A stretch of 64,000 bases of DNA from Macrostomum lignano. Taxonomy: Eukaryota. The stretch spans positions 62,001-126,000 of the forward strand of contig NIVC01001823.1 of NCBI GenBank assembly GCA_002269645.1. The letters run 5' to 3'. Under the pieces are notes generated by a model. It was given only the letters and a program-made list of their open reading frames with translations. It had not been told where the DNA came from and made no database searches. Shown here piece by piece: positions 46,085 through 59,509 of this stretch (position 1 is the stretch's first letter; each line of letters opens with the position of its first letter). A program made the translations under genes and the position numbers.

Positions 46085-49000
46085 TTCACTGTTATATAGA
46101 AGGATATAAGAGGTAAATAGCATTTCTATTCCATGGATACAGGGGGAGACGTAGCCCAGTGGTTTGACGCGGCGCTCTGATGTGCCAGAGGCCCAGGCTC
46201 GATTCCAAGTGCAGTCACATTAGTTTGGGGCTGAATTGGAATCTCGGCTTAGCACTGCTCGTGCAGTTAACGTGAAGTGTACATGCCTAACGTATAGGTG
46301 TAACGTAAGGGGGTTGTAGCCTTGTTGTTAGAGTCCGCACGACTTGAATGTCGGGGGTTCGATTCCCGATACCACTCGAAAAAATGTTGTGTCCTTGAGC
46401 AAGACACTTAACTCTGCATTGCTTCAGTTCACCCAGATGTAAAATGGGTGCCAGCATTAGCTGGGATAGTTGAGGGTGTGTGTGGCGACCCCCAGTCCTT
46501 GGACTGAACAGCCGTACGCAGTCTTCAGATGCGCCGCGCAATAGCTGCGGCTGAGCTATCGCTTGTTTACTCCTGTGACTGTGTGCCTACAGAAGGGAGT
46601 CGCTTAAAGTGCGCCAGGGTGCACGCAGCCCCTGCTTCTAATAAATAACAGAGAGAGATAAGCCAAGGCCTCTTGTTACAAAGAAGCAACGCACCTGCCA
46701 GGAAAGTTCCCAGCCGACTGGCGTTCTCCTTCAGCGTGCTGGCCCACTGGTGGCAGCACAGGGCGGGCACCCCGGCCAGAGTCATCAGCAGGGCCGTCTC
46801 CACCGGTTTCTCCAGTCTGAGCTGGTCGCTTCGCTTCACAACGTCGATTTTGCTCTGCCGCAGGAAGCTCTGGCTGGTCTGGGCCATGTCGAACAGGGCC
46901 ACCAGGCGGCAGTCGGTCAGGCCCAGACTGGCCACCGCGTGTGGCGGCACGTGGGCCAGGAATCGCTCCATGCCGTAGAAAATGAAGCCGGTGCCCTCGC
47001 GAAGGTAGACTTCGTACTCGCCGACGCTTGGCGCGTGGTCGTCGCCGGTGACGCCGAGCCAGCGCGGCGTGAACTGCTGGGCCCTCTCCGGGCGCTCCAT
47101 CATGGCTCGGAACTGGTCCAGCGGCTTCCACTGCTCGGTTTCGGCGCAGTCTAAATAAGGATCGACCACGTGACGGATGTGGCTCGTGTCAACGGCCAGG
47201 TGTCCTGGAGGAACCGGGCGCACCTGGGAAGCGTGTGGAGAGTTTGCCTATCATTCAACTGAGACACGATGATTGCTCGCAATCAGAAACGTGAGGTCTG
47301 GTGTTATGGAATGACATCTGCTACATGCTAGGCAAGGATCCAATAGGAGTGGGCGTAGCCTGAGAGGTCTGGCGCGGCGCTCTGATGCGACAGCGGCCCA
47401 GACTCGATTCCAAGTGCAGTCTCATTAAGTTGGGACTAAATTGGAATCTCGGCTTGGCTCTGCTCGTGCAATTAACGTCATTGAGGGCCAACCCCCAAAG
47501 CATAGAGGCAGTACGTATCCGCACGCTTGTGCGCTTGCTCAGGAGAGTCGGCAGAATGGGCAGCAATGCCTCTCGCCGGTTGTGCGACAATGTCGCTTAC
47601 AGTGCGCAAGGGTTCACGCAGCCCCACTCACCAGCGGGATGATCTTGCTCTGCTTCTTGCTGGCATCGCGCAGGCCGGGGATCCTGCTGATGGCTTTGGA
47701 GGCCTTGTCCTTGCCCGTCTTGCCGCCCGCGCCACCGCCGCCGCCGCCGCCCACCGCGGCAGCTCTCTGGTCGTCGTCTTCCTCGTCATCACCCGCTCCG
47801 CCGCCGGCGCCGCCGTCGTCGTCCAGCAGTTGCTTGGAGCCGAAGAGGCGACGGGCCACCAGCTGCAGGCTGAAGTCGCGGCTCATGCCTGACAGGCTGT
47901 CGAAGTGCAGCTGCTGAAGAGCTTCGAGCGGCAGCTCGGCCATGTTGGGATCGATCAGCAGCACCAGGCAGTCATCTGGCTGCTGCTGCTGCTGCTGCTG
48001 CTCCCGTCGGCTGGTGCTGACTGTGGTTGCCGAGCTGGGTCGGTTGAGCCGCTCGAATCTGTGCAGCGCGGGGCCGATGTACTCGGCGGTGTCGGCGACG
48101 AGGCGGGCGAACCAGGTCTGCAGCAGCTCGAGGTCGGCCTTGTGCTCCTCGGTCAGGTGGTTCTGAGAATGTGAGAAAAATGTTCTTGTAGAGTTTTTCA
48201 ATGCATCTCGGCAGCGAGCTTGATTTTCAGTCTGGGATTCAAACCTCATGGAGTTTCAATAGACATGGGCTTACATTATACACTGGTACAGTCTCGGAAT
48301 GTTAAAAAGTAATCAGTGAGAACACATCCACTCAGATATCCACCCAGACTGCCACCCGGACATCCGCAACACGCATCTATTGCGCATCCACCACGCATCC
48401 ACTAAAATCTTCACCCACGCATCCACCAAAATCTCCACCCACGCATCCACCAAAATCTCCACCCACGCATCCACTCACGCATCAACATAATGCACCTATC
48501 TAAGTATCCACCCATATGTTCAAAGCAAGTTACAGTTGAAACAAGTCTTCTTATGCGAATTAAAGAATCCCATCATGAACCATCCCAGATTCCCATCATG
48601 AACTATCACAGAATCCCAACATCAACCATCCCAGAATCCCATCATCAACCATCCCAGAATCCCAACATCAACCATCCAAGAATCCCATCACCATCCCAGA
48701 ATCCCATCATCAACCATCTCATTATCCCATAATCAACCGATCCCACTATTTTTTAAAAAACCTTAAATCAAAATATTTGATTCTGTATCAAAAACTGATC
48801 GATAAACAAACAATTTCACTTCTTATTTTCATTGCTTCATCACTCACAGCGGATCCGCCGCCTTCTCCATCAACGCCAGCCGTGATGGCCTCCAGCGTCC
48901 GCTTCTGCTTGGCCGACTGACTCCGCTGGTACTCGTGCTTGAGCACCAGGGTGCCGACCTCCGATTTGAAGTCGCGAACTTCGTCCAGCAGCCGCTCCAG

Positions 49001-52000
49001 CCGCTCCTTGCTGGTGTCCCGGCGCAGCACGAAGCTGCGGCTCTGCAGCGGGTGGCCGGCGGCGCCTGCGCCAGGCTGGGCGGCTGAAATTTTTGAGAGG
49101 CTGCCGTTCATTTGAGGGGTGCCGTTCATTCGAGGGGCTGTCGTTCATTTGAGGGGCGCAATTTCATTTAACGAGGCACCAGCACCAGGGGCTTTAGCAC
49201 CAGGGGCTTTAGCACCAGGGGCTTTAGCACCAGGGGCTTTAGCACCAGGGGCTTTAGCACCAGGGGCTTTAGCACCAGGGGCTTTAGCACCAGGGGCTTT
49301 AGCACCAGGGGCTTTAGCACCAGGGGCTTTAGCACCAGGGGCTTTAGCACCAGGGGCTTTAGCACCAGGGGCTTTAGCACCAGGGGCTTTAGCACCAGGG
49401 GCTTTAGCACCAGGGGCTTTAGCACCAGGGGCTTTAGCACCAGGGGCTTTAGCACCAGGGGCTTTAGCACCAGGGGCTTTAGCACCAGGGGCTTTAGCAC
49501 CAGGGGCTTTAGCACCAGGGGCTTTAGCACCAGGGGCTTTAGCACCAGGGGCTTTAGCACCAGGGGCTTTAGCACCAGGGGCTTTAGCACCAGGGGCTTT
49601 AGCACCAGGGGCTTTAGCACCAGGGGCTTTAGCACCAGGGGCTTTAGCACCAGGGGCTTTAGCACCAGGGGCTTTAGCACCAGGGGCTTTAGCACCAGGG
49701 GCTTTAGCACCAGGGGCTTTAGCACCAGGGGCTTTAGCACCAGGGGCTTTAGCACCAGGGGCTTTAGCACCAGGGGCTTTAGCACCAGGGGCTTTAGCAC
49801 CAGGGGCTTTAGCACCAGGGGCTTTAGCACCAGGGGCTTTAGCACCAGGGGCTTTAGCACCAGGGGCTTTAGCACCAGGGGCTTTAGCACCAGGGGCTTT
49901 AGCACCAGGGGCTTTAGCACCAGGGGCTTTAGCACCAGGGGCTTTAGCACCAGGGGCTTTAGCACCAGGGGCTTTAGCACCAGGGGCTTTAGCACCAAGG
50001 GCTTTAGCACCAGGGGCTTTAGCACCAGGGGCTTTAGCACCAGGGGCTTTAGCACCAGGGGCTTTAGCACCAGGGGCTTTAGCACCAGGGGCTTTAGCAC
50101 CAGGGGCTTTAGCACCAGGGGCTTTAGCACCAGGGGCTTTAGCACCAGGGGCTTTAGCACCAGGGGCTTTAGCACCAGGGGCTTTAGCACCAGGGGCTTT
50201 AGCACCAGGGGCTTTAGCACCAGGGGCTTTAGCACCAGGGGCTTTAGCACCAGGGGCTTTAGCACCAGGGGCTTTAGCACCAGGGGCTTTAGCACCAGGG
50301 GCTTTAGCACCAGGGGCGCCAGCACCAGGGGCTTTAGCACCAGGGGCTTTAGCACCAGGGGCTTTAGCACCAGGGGCTTTAGCACCAGGGGCTTTAGCAC
50401 CAGGGGCTTTAGCACCAGGGGCTTTAGCACCAGGGGCTTTAGCACCAGGGGCTTTAGCACCAGGGGCTTTAGCACCAGGGGCTTTAGCACCAGGGGCTTT
50501 AGCACCAGGGGCTTTAGCACCAGGGGCGCCAGCACCAGGGGCGCCAGCACCAGGGGCGCCAGCACCAGGGGCGCCAGCACACCAACAGCTCCAACTCACA
50601 AACAGCTCCAACTCACCTTTCCCAGGCTTGGCGGCCCTCTGCCTCTCCATGGCCCCAGCGTAGAGGTACCGGCAGTCCGGGCTGTGCTGCAGCGCCAAGA
50701 AGCCCAGGAAGGGCGGCAGCGACTTGCCGATGTCCTGGTGCGCGTGGTCCACGCAGCTCTGGCGCCAGGCCTGAGTCGGGATGAGATGAAGAGAGAGAAT
50801 ATTTTTTACAGTTTATTTGCTGATAGCTCTACTATGAGTAGTTTGTGTCAGGGTGGGGGCTACAGGTAGTTCCATGCTCCATCAGCTCACTCCAGCTGCT
50901 CAAACCGGACTCACCAGAGAAATCCTCCTCAGGGTGTCCCTGGCGGCGGCCGCCACCCGGCTCTGCAGGCCGTTGCAAAACGCGGCCTCAGCCTCCAAGT
51001 TGTCCAGCTGGTTGATGAGGGCCGCCGTCTCGGACAGGTTCGAGTCCCTCAGGGCGAGACGGAGAGTCCTGCGAAGCTGCTTGGCTGTCTCGCAGGACTG
51101 ATGCAGAGTGAGCTGCTGCCACGCGATGCTGAGGTCGAACTGACCGATGCACTCCAGCAGCTCCTGGCTGGCTTGGCTGGCCACGTCCTGCGGTTCGTGT
51201 CATGGAATTCGGTCATGGGAAATTACATTCGGTCATAGGCAATTGCATTTGGTCATAGGCAATTACATTCGGTCATAGGTAATAAATATAGTAGAGACTA
51301 TCGGTTTAAATCACCTGACGGCATTACAGAGCCATGAACAACACCAGTCGGTCCAAGAAACTCCCCAGAACAACTCACCAGTCGGTCCAACAAACTCCCC
51401 AGAACAACTCACCAGTCGGTCCAACAAACTCCCCAGAACAACTCACCAGTCGGTCCAACAAACTCCCCAGAACAACTCACCAGTCGGTCCAACAAACTCC
51501 CCAGAACAACTCACCAGTCGGTCCAACAAACTCCCCAGAACAACTCACCAGTCGGTCCAACAAACTCCCCAGAACAACTCACCAGTCGGTCCAACAAACT
51601 CCCCAGAACAACTCACCAGTAGGTCCAACAAACTCCCCAGAACAACTCACCAGTCGGTCCAACAAACTCCCCAGAACAACTCACCAGTCGGTCCAACAAA
51701 CTCCCCAGAACAACTCACCAGTAGGTCCAACAAACTCCCCAGAACAACTCACCAGTCGGTCCAACAAACTCCCCAGAACAACTCACCAGTAGGTCCAACA
51801 AACTCCCCAGAACAACTCACCAGTCGGTCCAACAAACTCCCCAGAACAACTCACCAGTCAGTCCAAGAAACTCCCCAGAACAACTCACCAGTCGGTCCAA
51901 CAAACTCCCCAGAACAACTCACCAGTAGGTCCAACAAACTCCTCAGAACAACTCACCAGATGGTCCTTGTGCAGCGCCACAGTCTGCGCCTGCTGCAGCA

Positions 52001-52047
52001 CCTCCGTGGCCTGCGCCAGCCGGTCGCGGCTCCGCTGAAACGCCGTC
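46085..52047 (+). repeat. Segmental duplication of 25-2358 plus 12715-16640 (Polinton-free copy)
   Basis: Colinear near-identity including SINEs, exons and minisatellite seeds. Confidence 0.9.
49175..50580. repeat. Expanded, highly homogeneous 15-bp minisatellite AGCACCAGGGGCTTT (about 90 units)
   Basis: Paralog of 14865-15425. Confidence 0.93.
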
Positions 52048-54111
52048 TGAAAGTTTCTTTTTTTGAAAGCTGTACTTTACTTTGTCGCTCCTTAACAACC
52101 TGAAACTTACAGCTTTGTGCTTCTTTTAAAGTGCACTACTCGTAAATCACAATAATAAACATATCTAAGATTGAAAAGCGCTCTGTTCTGAATTATTAGC
52201 TCATTCTTTGAGCTGATTTTTACTGCTGATTATTTTAAAAGACGATTGCTCGATGAGTAGCCTCAGTGCATGCTGGTTGACTCGATGGCTACTTAAAACT
52301 TTGCGGCCCGCTTGTACTTGCCAAATACTTGCAAAAGGGCATTCTATGAACTGTAAAAAAAAAACTTGGACTGCTTTGTGCTCCAAAACTGAAGGTATAT
52401 TTTTAAGGCCTTAATTTGTATAATTTATACATTTATTGTATAAAACGCTAAAATGACAAATAACGCGTTTCTCTAGAAGACATTGACTTGTTGATTCTTA
52501 GCAGATCTTGTCTATCTTCTTGGGACTTGCAAGAACATGCAGGATCTTTGCTATAATAATACTTAGGTAAACTTTCCAGATCTGGGCGACTTGCTACATC
52601 ATACAAGATTTTAGCTTTTTATATCTTTTTATAGCTTCGAATCGCATATTTTCTTAAATTTATTGTCCCACTTTGTCATAGAATAAAATATAGTTCAGCT
52701 AGAACACTTTAGCCAAATGAATAACAAAACAAATATACCTCCCATCTTAGAAGATCCTGCAAGAACCGAGCAGTTTGAGAAACAGAATGTCCTCAAACAA
52801 TTGAAGCCGGAACTGCTGGATTCTAACAATTGAAGGCGGAAAAATCCAAGCAGTGCACGAAAACAATTTGAAACCAACTCAGCAGTTATGGCGACATCCA
52901 AATGATTGTAAAAATATACTCTACCAAGCAAAATATGTTTCGCTTTCACACCTGGAAAGACCTCAAAGTGCAGCTATACAAAATGTACTTTAAAACTACA
53001 TGTGCACTTTTGTAGAAGTAGCTCACACCAAGAAATCCGCATGCCTTCATTAGGCAGCCCCAGATGTCCCTTCGAAAGTTGAGCAGCTCAAAAGCCGCGA
53101 TGCCAAACCTTGAAAAATGCACATTTTTACTCCTTGAGAACACCTTTTTCACCTTTTGATGTACAGAAGTACAAAAGTTCTAAAAATCTTCATCCCATTA
53201 TTGCTGCCTATAAATGGCCACCCAGGCTCATATAAAGCGTTAAGCGACACCATATACTGAATCCTACATTTTTACAATTCGATTTTCGTTAAAGACGAAA
53301 AAACGCGGTTTCTGTTGCCATGGCAACCAACATGGCGTGCTTGACTACTAAACACAGTTGACCTGAAAGCCCTTGGTGTTTGACATGTCTCAGTGAAAGC
53401 CGCATCCCTCTGCTGTGCAGCATTCTCAAACAGCGACTGTGAGAATTAAAAGATGTCGTTTTTTAATCTGTTCATTGATGTCCCGTGTTATCAAAGATTG
53501 TCTCGCTTCGCTCGGCTTCCCTTTTTGTCCTTACTGGCTCACGTATCTCGCAACCAGCTTGGTGCCACAGAAGCTCCAAAAAGATATATGCTATAATTTT
53601 CAAGTGTTTAGCTTGTTTATTCTACTCATTTAGGGTTTTTATGTCATTACATGCAACATTGCAACGCGTTTAAAACTTGCTATGCTTTTATGCAAACATA
53701 CCGTTATACAATACAGTAAATTCAACAAAACTTGTAAAAATTTACCAGACTGGGGTTTCTAACTGATTTACTGTTTTTTTGCACAATTCTGACACCAATT
53801 TTAACAACTGAACTAGCAATATAGACGCAAGGACCACTAGGGAACGCATCGTTAAAGAAAGACGTTGCACTCTTTTCAGAAATACTTCAGTCTAGCAGTT
53901 GTTGCATAGACATTGCTCAACTATTGTCAGGGGTTAGGTGTTGCTTAGTATATTTTGAAGCACACTGCGTGAGACGGTTTTGCAGCAGCAGCGGGTCGGA
54001 GCCGGTCTCAGCTGACTGAGCCGAGGCCGCCGCTGAAGGAGGCAGCTGCGCGGCCTGCCGCTGGCATCTGTGGTGGCCACCGAGCCCGCAGCGGCAGCGA
54101 ACGTCTTCATT

Positions 54112-54430
54112 AGCTCTGTCTCGCCCTCGCTCTGTCTCGCCCTCACCCTCGCTCTGTCTCGCCCTCGCTCTGTCTCGCCCTCGCTCTGTCTCGCCCTCGC
54201 TCTGTCTCGCCCTCACCCTCGCTCTGTCTCGCCCTCGCTCTGTCTCGCCCTCGCTCTGTCTCGCCCTCGCTCTGTCTCGCCCTCGCTCTGTCTCGCCCTC
54301 GCTCTGTCTCGCCCTCGCTCTGTCTCGCCCTCGCTCTGTCTCGCCCTCGCTCTGTCTCGCCCTCGCTCTGTCTCGCCCTCGCCCTCGCTCTGTCTCGCCC
54401 TCGCTCTGTCTCGCCCTCGCTCTGTCTCGC
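54112..54430. repeat. 16-bp repeat CTCGCCCTCGCTCTGT
   Basis: Direct inspection. Confidence 0.88.
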
Positions 54431-56069
54431 CTGTGAAGCCGAAATTGTATATAGAGACTCAGTTGCCAACTCGATGACAAAGGGGTGGCGACTGAAGGCT
54501 TGGGGATTTCCAGCTGCCTGTTTGATATGTCAAGCGACGGTTTTTCTGATTGGACTAGCCTTGGATGACCCGCTCGACTCTGATTGGCTGACCTCAAAAC
54601 CCCAAACCCTATTTTTACAGAGCGGCCTCTCGAACCCCGTTTAACTGTGGAAACACTGTGGAAGCATGGAACAAGACTTGATTTAGATTGCGTAACCATA
54701 TTGCTAACTTTAATGGAGGCTGATACTGACTGGCTGAGAAATCGATTACGTCATAATTGCTTTCTGTTTTTTTTTACCTTAACCGACTTGATTTGAGTGT
54801 TGAATTATAAGTAGTACAACACATATCAGCTACATAAACGTGAGCAAACTGAACTTCTAATGCAGTGACATGGGTTCGAATTTTTACAGTGTAATTCTTT
54901 ATCAAACGATTTTATGAAGTGAAGAAAACTTTAACGAAAGGAAGAAATAAAAAGAAGCGTCAAGCCAAACATAAAAAGCGTCATGTCAACCATAAAAGAA
55001 TAACATTTATACCATAACAGACTCATGAGGGAATAGGCTCATGGGGGGGGGTTAACTGCTGAGTTGTCAGGTTTCAGGGGGAAATATACTCAGCAACAGT
55101 CAAAAGGAACCTCCAAATTGCGAAAACTTCACACTCACAATTCAACTCTCAAGTTACGCAACTAAGCCGCCGCGAGGAAGGGAAAGTTGATTGACTACCA
55201 ATACTCGTAGTAAAATCATAAATTTTTTATGCAATATTCAGTTAGAATTGCGATGCGTGTGGGATCCCCTTGCACGCAGAAGCGCGACGACTCTGCGGGG
55301 CATCCTAATGATGAGGCGGCGCAGAAAGTCCTGGGGAAGCCGCCGGATAAATGATTGAAATGATTGAAAGTGGGGCGGGGTGGGGTGGGGCGGGGCAATC
55401 CGAGAGGAGGGGGTGGGTCTGAGGTTGGTTAAGCAATGACGCAGGCCTACACACCTTGTCCCTCCCCCATGGTATACTGAGAGAGAGACATAAGGACCTA
55501 GGCAGAGCTGTGGTTAGTTCAACTCTGACGCATTTGCACTGGGGAGATAGGCGGCAATGCTAAAGGATAGGGCATTGCGGTGCATTTGTAGCTGTGCTGG
55601 GGTATGAATGAACACGGACTACTTAAGTTGTTTTGAGTTCGTTGCAGTGATTGTGAAGTATATCATAACTAAAGTTTTAATATCAGAATCTCCCCGTGAA
55701 TATTTAGCTAACTGCAAAATTCTGAGCATTCATTTTTAATTAGTTCAAGCATTATTGTGTAAAGCTGATATTTAATATGAGATACAAGCAGTTTTTCCAC
55801 ACATTGTTTGCAGCGGAAGGGGGTGTGGGGACGGAGCCCCACCTTGTAATAAAACCATATCAGATTAGCTGCAAAGCTTCAAAAAGGACAATAGTTCACC
55901 GTTCATTATACTCATACTCTATACCTAAACAACTCAAGCGCAGCAATTGTTTATGCTCATGGTGAAGGAGAGATGTTTCAAGGTATAGGGAACCATTGAG
56001 CTCAACAGATATGCTTACTTCATTATTGATATTAGTTTAAATTTGGTTTTGTTTCAATGGCTTCCAGAT

Positions 56070-56560
56070 ACTTTGGTTGTGAGGGTCTCACTATTGGTGG
56101 GGAATGCCAAAATTCCCTTGCTTATACAGAACTCCCGAAAATTGCTATTGATGAACTCTTTTCCTCGTGGCTGGCGCTTTGAGCACCTCAGAATACTCTC
56201 GAATGCGAACTTGACTTCTGCAGCTGATTTGTTCTGATCAGAGGCCTGGCCCAAGCAGACTTAGAGAGGACAACTATGCATGTGAGAATATACTTGATAG
56301 CCGTTATTGTATTTTGCAAATGGTATCGTCTCAACCAGGTCAAGCTCCCACTGATCGTCAATAGCTCTAACAATGATTGGTGCTCTAGGATAGCGTCTCC
56401 TAACTTGCTTGTACAGTGTGTACACAGGCTGCTCAGGCAGCCATTGTTCAATGCTCTTTTTAGATCCACGATTATCCTGTGTTTTCTTGAGCTCATGCTT
56501 TGAGACACCAGAGAAACTAGCAGGCTGAGCAGGGTTGTAGTAAATATTTTCCATTATCCA
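56070..56560 (-). pseudogene. Degenerate N-terminal/core fragment of a second Polinton integrase
   Basis: IYYNPAQPASFSG...WLPEQPVYTLYKQVRRRYPRAPIIVRAIDDQWELDLVE..AKYNNGY, then VLSKSAWARPL and KSAAEVKFAFESIL..RGKEFIN in other frames. Confidence 0.85.
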
Positions 56561-57136
56561 AATCAAGCTGAATGAAAGGCCGAAAAACAAATTTTCTTAA
56601 TTTCTCTTTTGCATTAATTTCGTTTGCTTTTTTACATTTAAAGACTGTAAAGTAGGTGACAAGAAAAAAGCAGTTTTGACAGTTCACCCAACAAAATCTA
56701 TAGTCAGTTCACTCGTCATTTTCAACCTCCGTCAGCTTTGGAAACTTGATTGCATCGAACCGGCGCAGCGGCCATGCCAGTTTCCGCTTACGACTTCCAA
56801 TGCAGCTGCTGCTGCTGCTGCCGCTCAGGCCTGTGGCCGCACGAGCCTGGTACCAGATCGGATCATGCGTCAAGTCGCTGTCCTGCTGCGGGATGTTCAA
56901 TTGTGGCGTCGAAGATGCAGCTCCGAAGTTGCATTTTCCGACTGACCGATGAGCAGCGTCTTGTCACTGTCAGCATCATCGGCCTCGTAACCAGAAAGAT
57001 GAGCCACCTGCTGGTCGGTGTGCGTGCCTGCTTCAGTCTTGACATCCTCCGGCTCCAGCTCGTACTCGCTGTCTGCTGACGGTGACTCTGCTGAGCCAGT
57101 CCGCCTTGCTCCACAGCGCTCGCCACAGACGGGGTG

Positions 57137-57439
57137 TCAGTGCGATTTGAGTTTCGCCGCAGATAATCTTCCGTACAGTCGTCCGGGAGCCGCTTCAGCC
57201 AAATTGTTCCCCGCCTGACTTCCACGAGCTTGTCGAAGCCAAGTTTGGCGGTGACGCTGTGCCGGTTGAACAAGTTGGCGCCTCAGTTGCTTCAGTCTCT
57301 CCCACTGAAAAGAGTTCAAATTGAAGCCTGGGATGCCCGGCTTCAGGTCTCCTTCAGCAGTGTACAAGCGCCGAATTGCGATAAATCGGTTGCCCTCATA
57401 TTCTTGTACTTGCACTTTGAATCCGTCGCAAAGATCCAT
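57137..57439 (-). CDS. PC4 (transcriptional coactivator p15)-domain ssDNA-binding protein, probably frameshifted downstream
   Basis: MDLCDGFKVQVQEYEGNRFIAIRRLYTAEGDLKPGIPGFNLNSFQWERLKQL matches PC4 [46 protein letters not shown]. Confidence 0.75.
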   Translation of the reverse strand: MDLCDGFKVQVQEYEGNRFIAIRRLYTAEGDLKPGIPGFNLNSFQWERLKQLRRQLVQPAQRHRQTWLRQARGSQAGNNLAEAAPGRLYGRLSAAKLKSH

Positions 57440-58616
57440 TGTGGAGATTCACGTGATGCTGCTGCAGAAGTGATGCTTTTCCTGATTTTTCCTCTCTCTC
57501 TTTCAGAATCAGCTCGAAATCCCACGTTTTATACCCTCGGAGGGGGTGGGTGGAGTTTATCCTCACCTTGAAAAAAAATGATTATTACTTTATGCCTACC
57601 CAGCAAACAGCGGCCCCCACACAACTAGTGTAATATCTGGAAGCCATTGAAACAAAACCCAATTCAAACTAATAGCAATAATGAAGTAAGCATATCTGTT
57701 GAGCTCAATGTTTCCCTATACCTTGAAACATCTCTCCTTCACCATGAGCATAAACAATTGCTGTGCTTGAGTTGTTTTCACTCCACAGTATAATGAACGG
57801 TGAACTATTGTCCTTTTTGAAGCTTTGCAGCTAATCTGATATGTTACTATTACAAGGTGGGGGCTCCGCCCCCACACCCCCTTCCGCTGCAAACAATGTG
57901 TGGAAAAACTGCTTGGATCTCATATTAAATATCAGCTTATAGTAGCAAGCAAACTCACACAGAGGCTGTCTCTATATTCGACAATTCATTTTACTTCCTG
58001 GAAAAAAGTATATCCAATATTATTTTTTGTGTTCTCCACCAGCCAAACGTTTGTCAATTCCCACACTGCAAATTTACCTTTTAGAACCTGATCTGGATTG
58101 CTGCAGTTGGCACCCAATGCAGCATTTACAGAATTGTAGAGAATTGTAGGGTTGTGCAACTCAAATAAGAAATCTACATATAGCAGCTGCCCTAGTTGTA
58201 GGAGTTGGCTTTCAAAACTGGGTTCGTGTGACGTGTAAACGTTTACCCTGGCAGCTGCAAACTCTGATATTGAACACCCATACAGACGGAACAAACTAAA
58301 TTTTTACCTCTGCGATCAGCTATTGTAGACGCTGAAAAATGAAGGCTACGAGCGTATGTTCTATACTGAAATTCAAAGTAGTCTGCTAAATAGTTAACCA
58401 TATTTGGACCCTGCAAAATGCTGTGGATAATGGGGAAAATTGCTGAGATGCAAAGAGTCAACTGGGAGTTGTTTTTGGTACGCCATGACTTAAAGGAAGT
58501 CATTGAGACCGCTGATGCTATTTTCCCTCGGATGCTAACAGTAGCGACTGTACAAAATTTATACCCGCTTGTCAGCTTGGAGCTACAAGCTGGTCTTTGG
58601 TGTCTTGGAGCGCTAG

Positions 58617-59310
58617 ATGGTGACTGTAGGGATGGTGACTGTAGGGATGGTGACTGTAGGGATGGTGACTGTAGGGATGGTGACTGTAGGGATGGTGACT
58701 GTAGGGATGGTGACTGTAGGGATGGTGACTGTAGGGATGGTGACTGTAGGGATGGTGACTGTAGGGATTGTGACTGTAGGGATGCTGACTGTAGGGATGG
58801 TGACTGTAGGGATGGTGACTGTAGGGATGGTGACTGTAGGGATGGTGACTGCAGGGATGCTGACTGTAGGGATGGTGACTGTAGGGATGGTGACTGCAGG
58901 GATGGTGACTGTAGGGATGCTGACTGTAGGGATGGTGACTGTAGGGATGGTGACTGTAGGGATGGTGACTGTAGGGATGGTGACTGTAGGGATGATGACT
59001 GTAGGGATGGTGACTGTAGGGATGGTGACTGTAGGGATGATGACTGTAGGGATGGTGACTGTAGGGATGGTGACTGTAGGGATGCTGACTCTAGGGATGG
59101 TGACTGTAGGGATGGTGACTGTAGGGATGGTGACTGTAGGGATGGTGACTTTAGGGATGGTGACTGTAGGGATGGTGACTGTAGGGATGGTGACTGTAGG
59201 GATGGTGACTGTAGGGATGGTGACTGTAGGGATGGTGACTGTAGGGATGGTGACTGTAGGGATGGTGACTGTAGGGATGGTGACTGTAGGGATGGTGACT
59301 GTAGGGATGG
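58617..59310. repeat. 15-bp minisatellite GATGGTGACTGTAGG
   Basis: Direct inspection; a few degenerate units at about 29905-29965. Confidence 0.92.
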
Positions 59311-59509
59311 GGACTTTTATTAATATAATCGTAATTATTCGTAGGATGTTAAAGACGAAGAACGGCAGTGATGAGAGGCTTCTGCAGAAAAGCGAAAGAA
59401 TGTCAATTATTGCCGCTAAATGCACTCGCCAAACTCAGCCCAGCAGACTCTCAACTGCCTGAGATGCGCACAAGAGAGACAGTGAAAGCATAGGAGAGTC
59501 TGCAGTTAA

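Larger units (their letters stand above)
45683..52047 (-). pseudogene. CFAP46: CFAP46/TTC40-like gene, 3' part, copy B (5'-truncated at ~52047)
   Basis: Exons 52047-51957 (truncated), 51187-50915, 50770-50617, 49083-48848, 48162-47632, 47223-46695 and 46041-45683 (ends FNMILYGLPNILVTLIDK); near-identical to copy A. Confidence 0.75.
55762..57938. mobile_element. 2.2-kb unit bounded by ~310-bp inverted repeats and containing Polinton-derived fragments
   Basis: 55762-56070 is the reverse complement of 57634-57938; the interior holds an integrase fragment and a PC4 ORF. Confidence 0.7.

Noticed and set aside
47614-48249. Polinton insertion disrupting a coding exon (the paralogous ORF track runs through the empty site)
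   Set aside because: A polypyrimidine tract and CAG acceptor at 48163-48180 (2299-2320 in copy A) place the insertion site in the intron.
49119-50752. Long ORFs (514-535 aa) with PGALA/PGAKA/KPLVL repeats resembling collagen or elastin
   Set aside because: They are translations of an intronic 15-bp minisatellite that is open in several frames and differs in length from its paralog at 14865-15425.
57986-58600. Short AT-rich minus-strand ORFs that might be further viral remnants beside the PC4/integrase unit
   Set aside because: No motif I can recognise; a tBLASTX/HHpred search would be needed.
58418-59462. DGDCR/VTIPT/MVTVG repetitive ORFs
   Set aside because: They come from a 15-bp minisatellite open in multiple frames.
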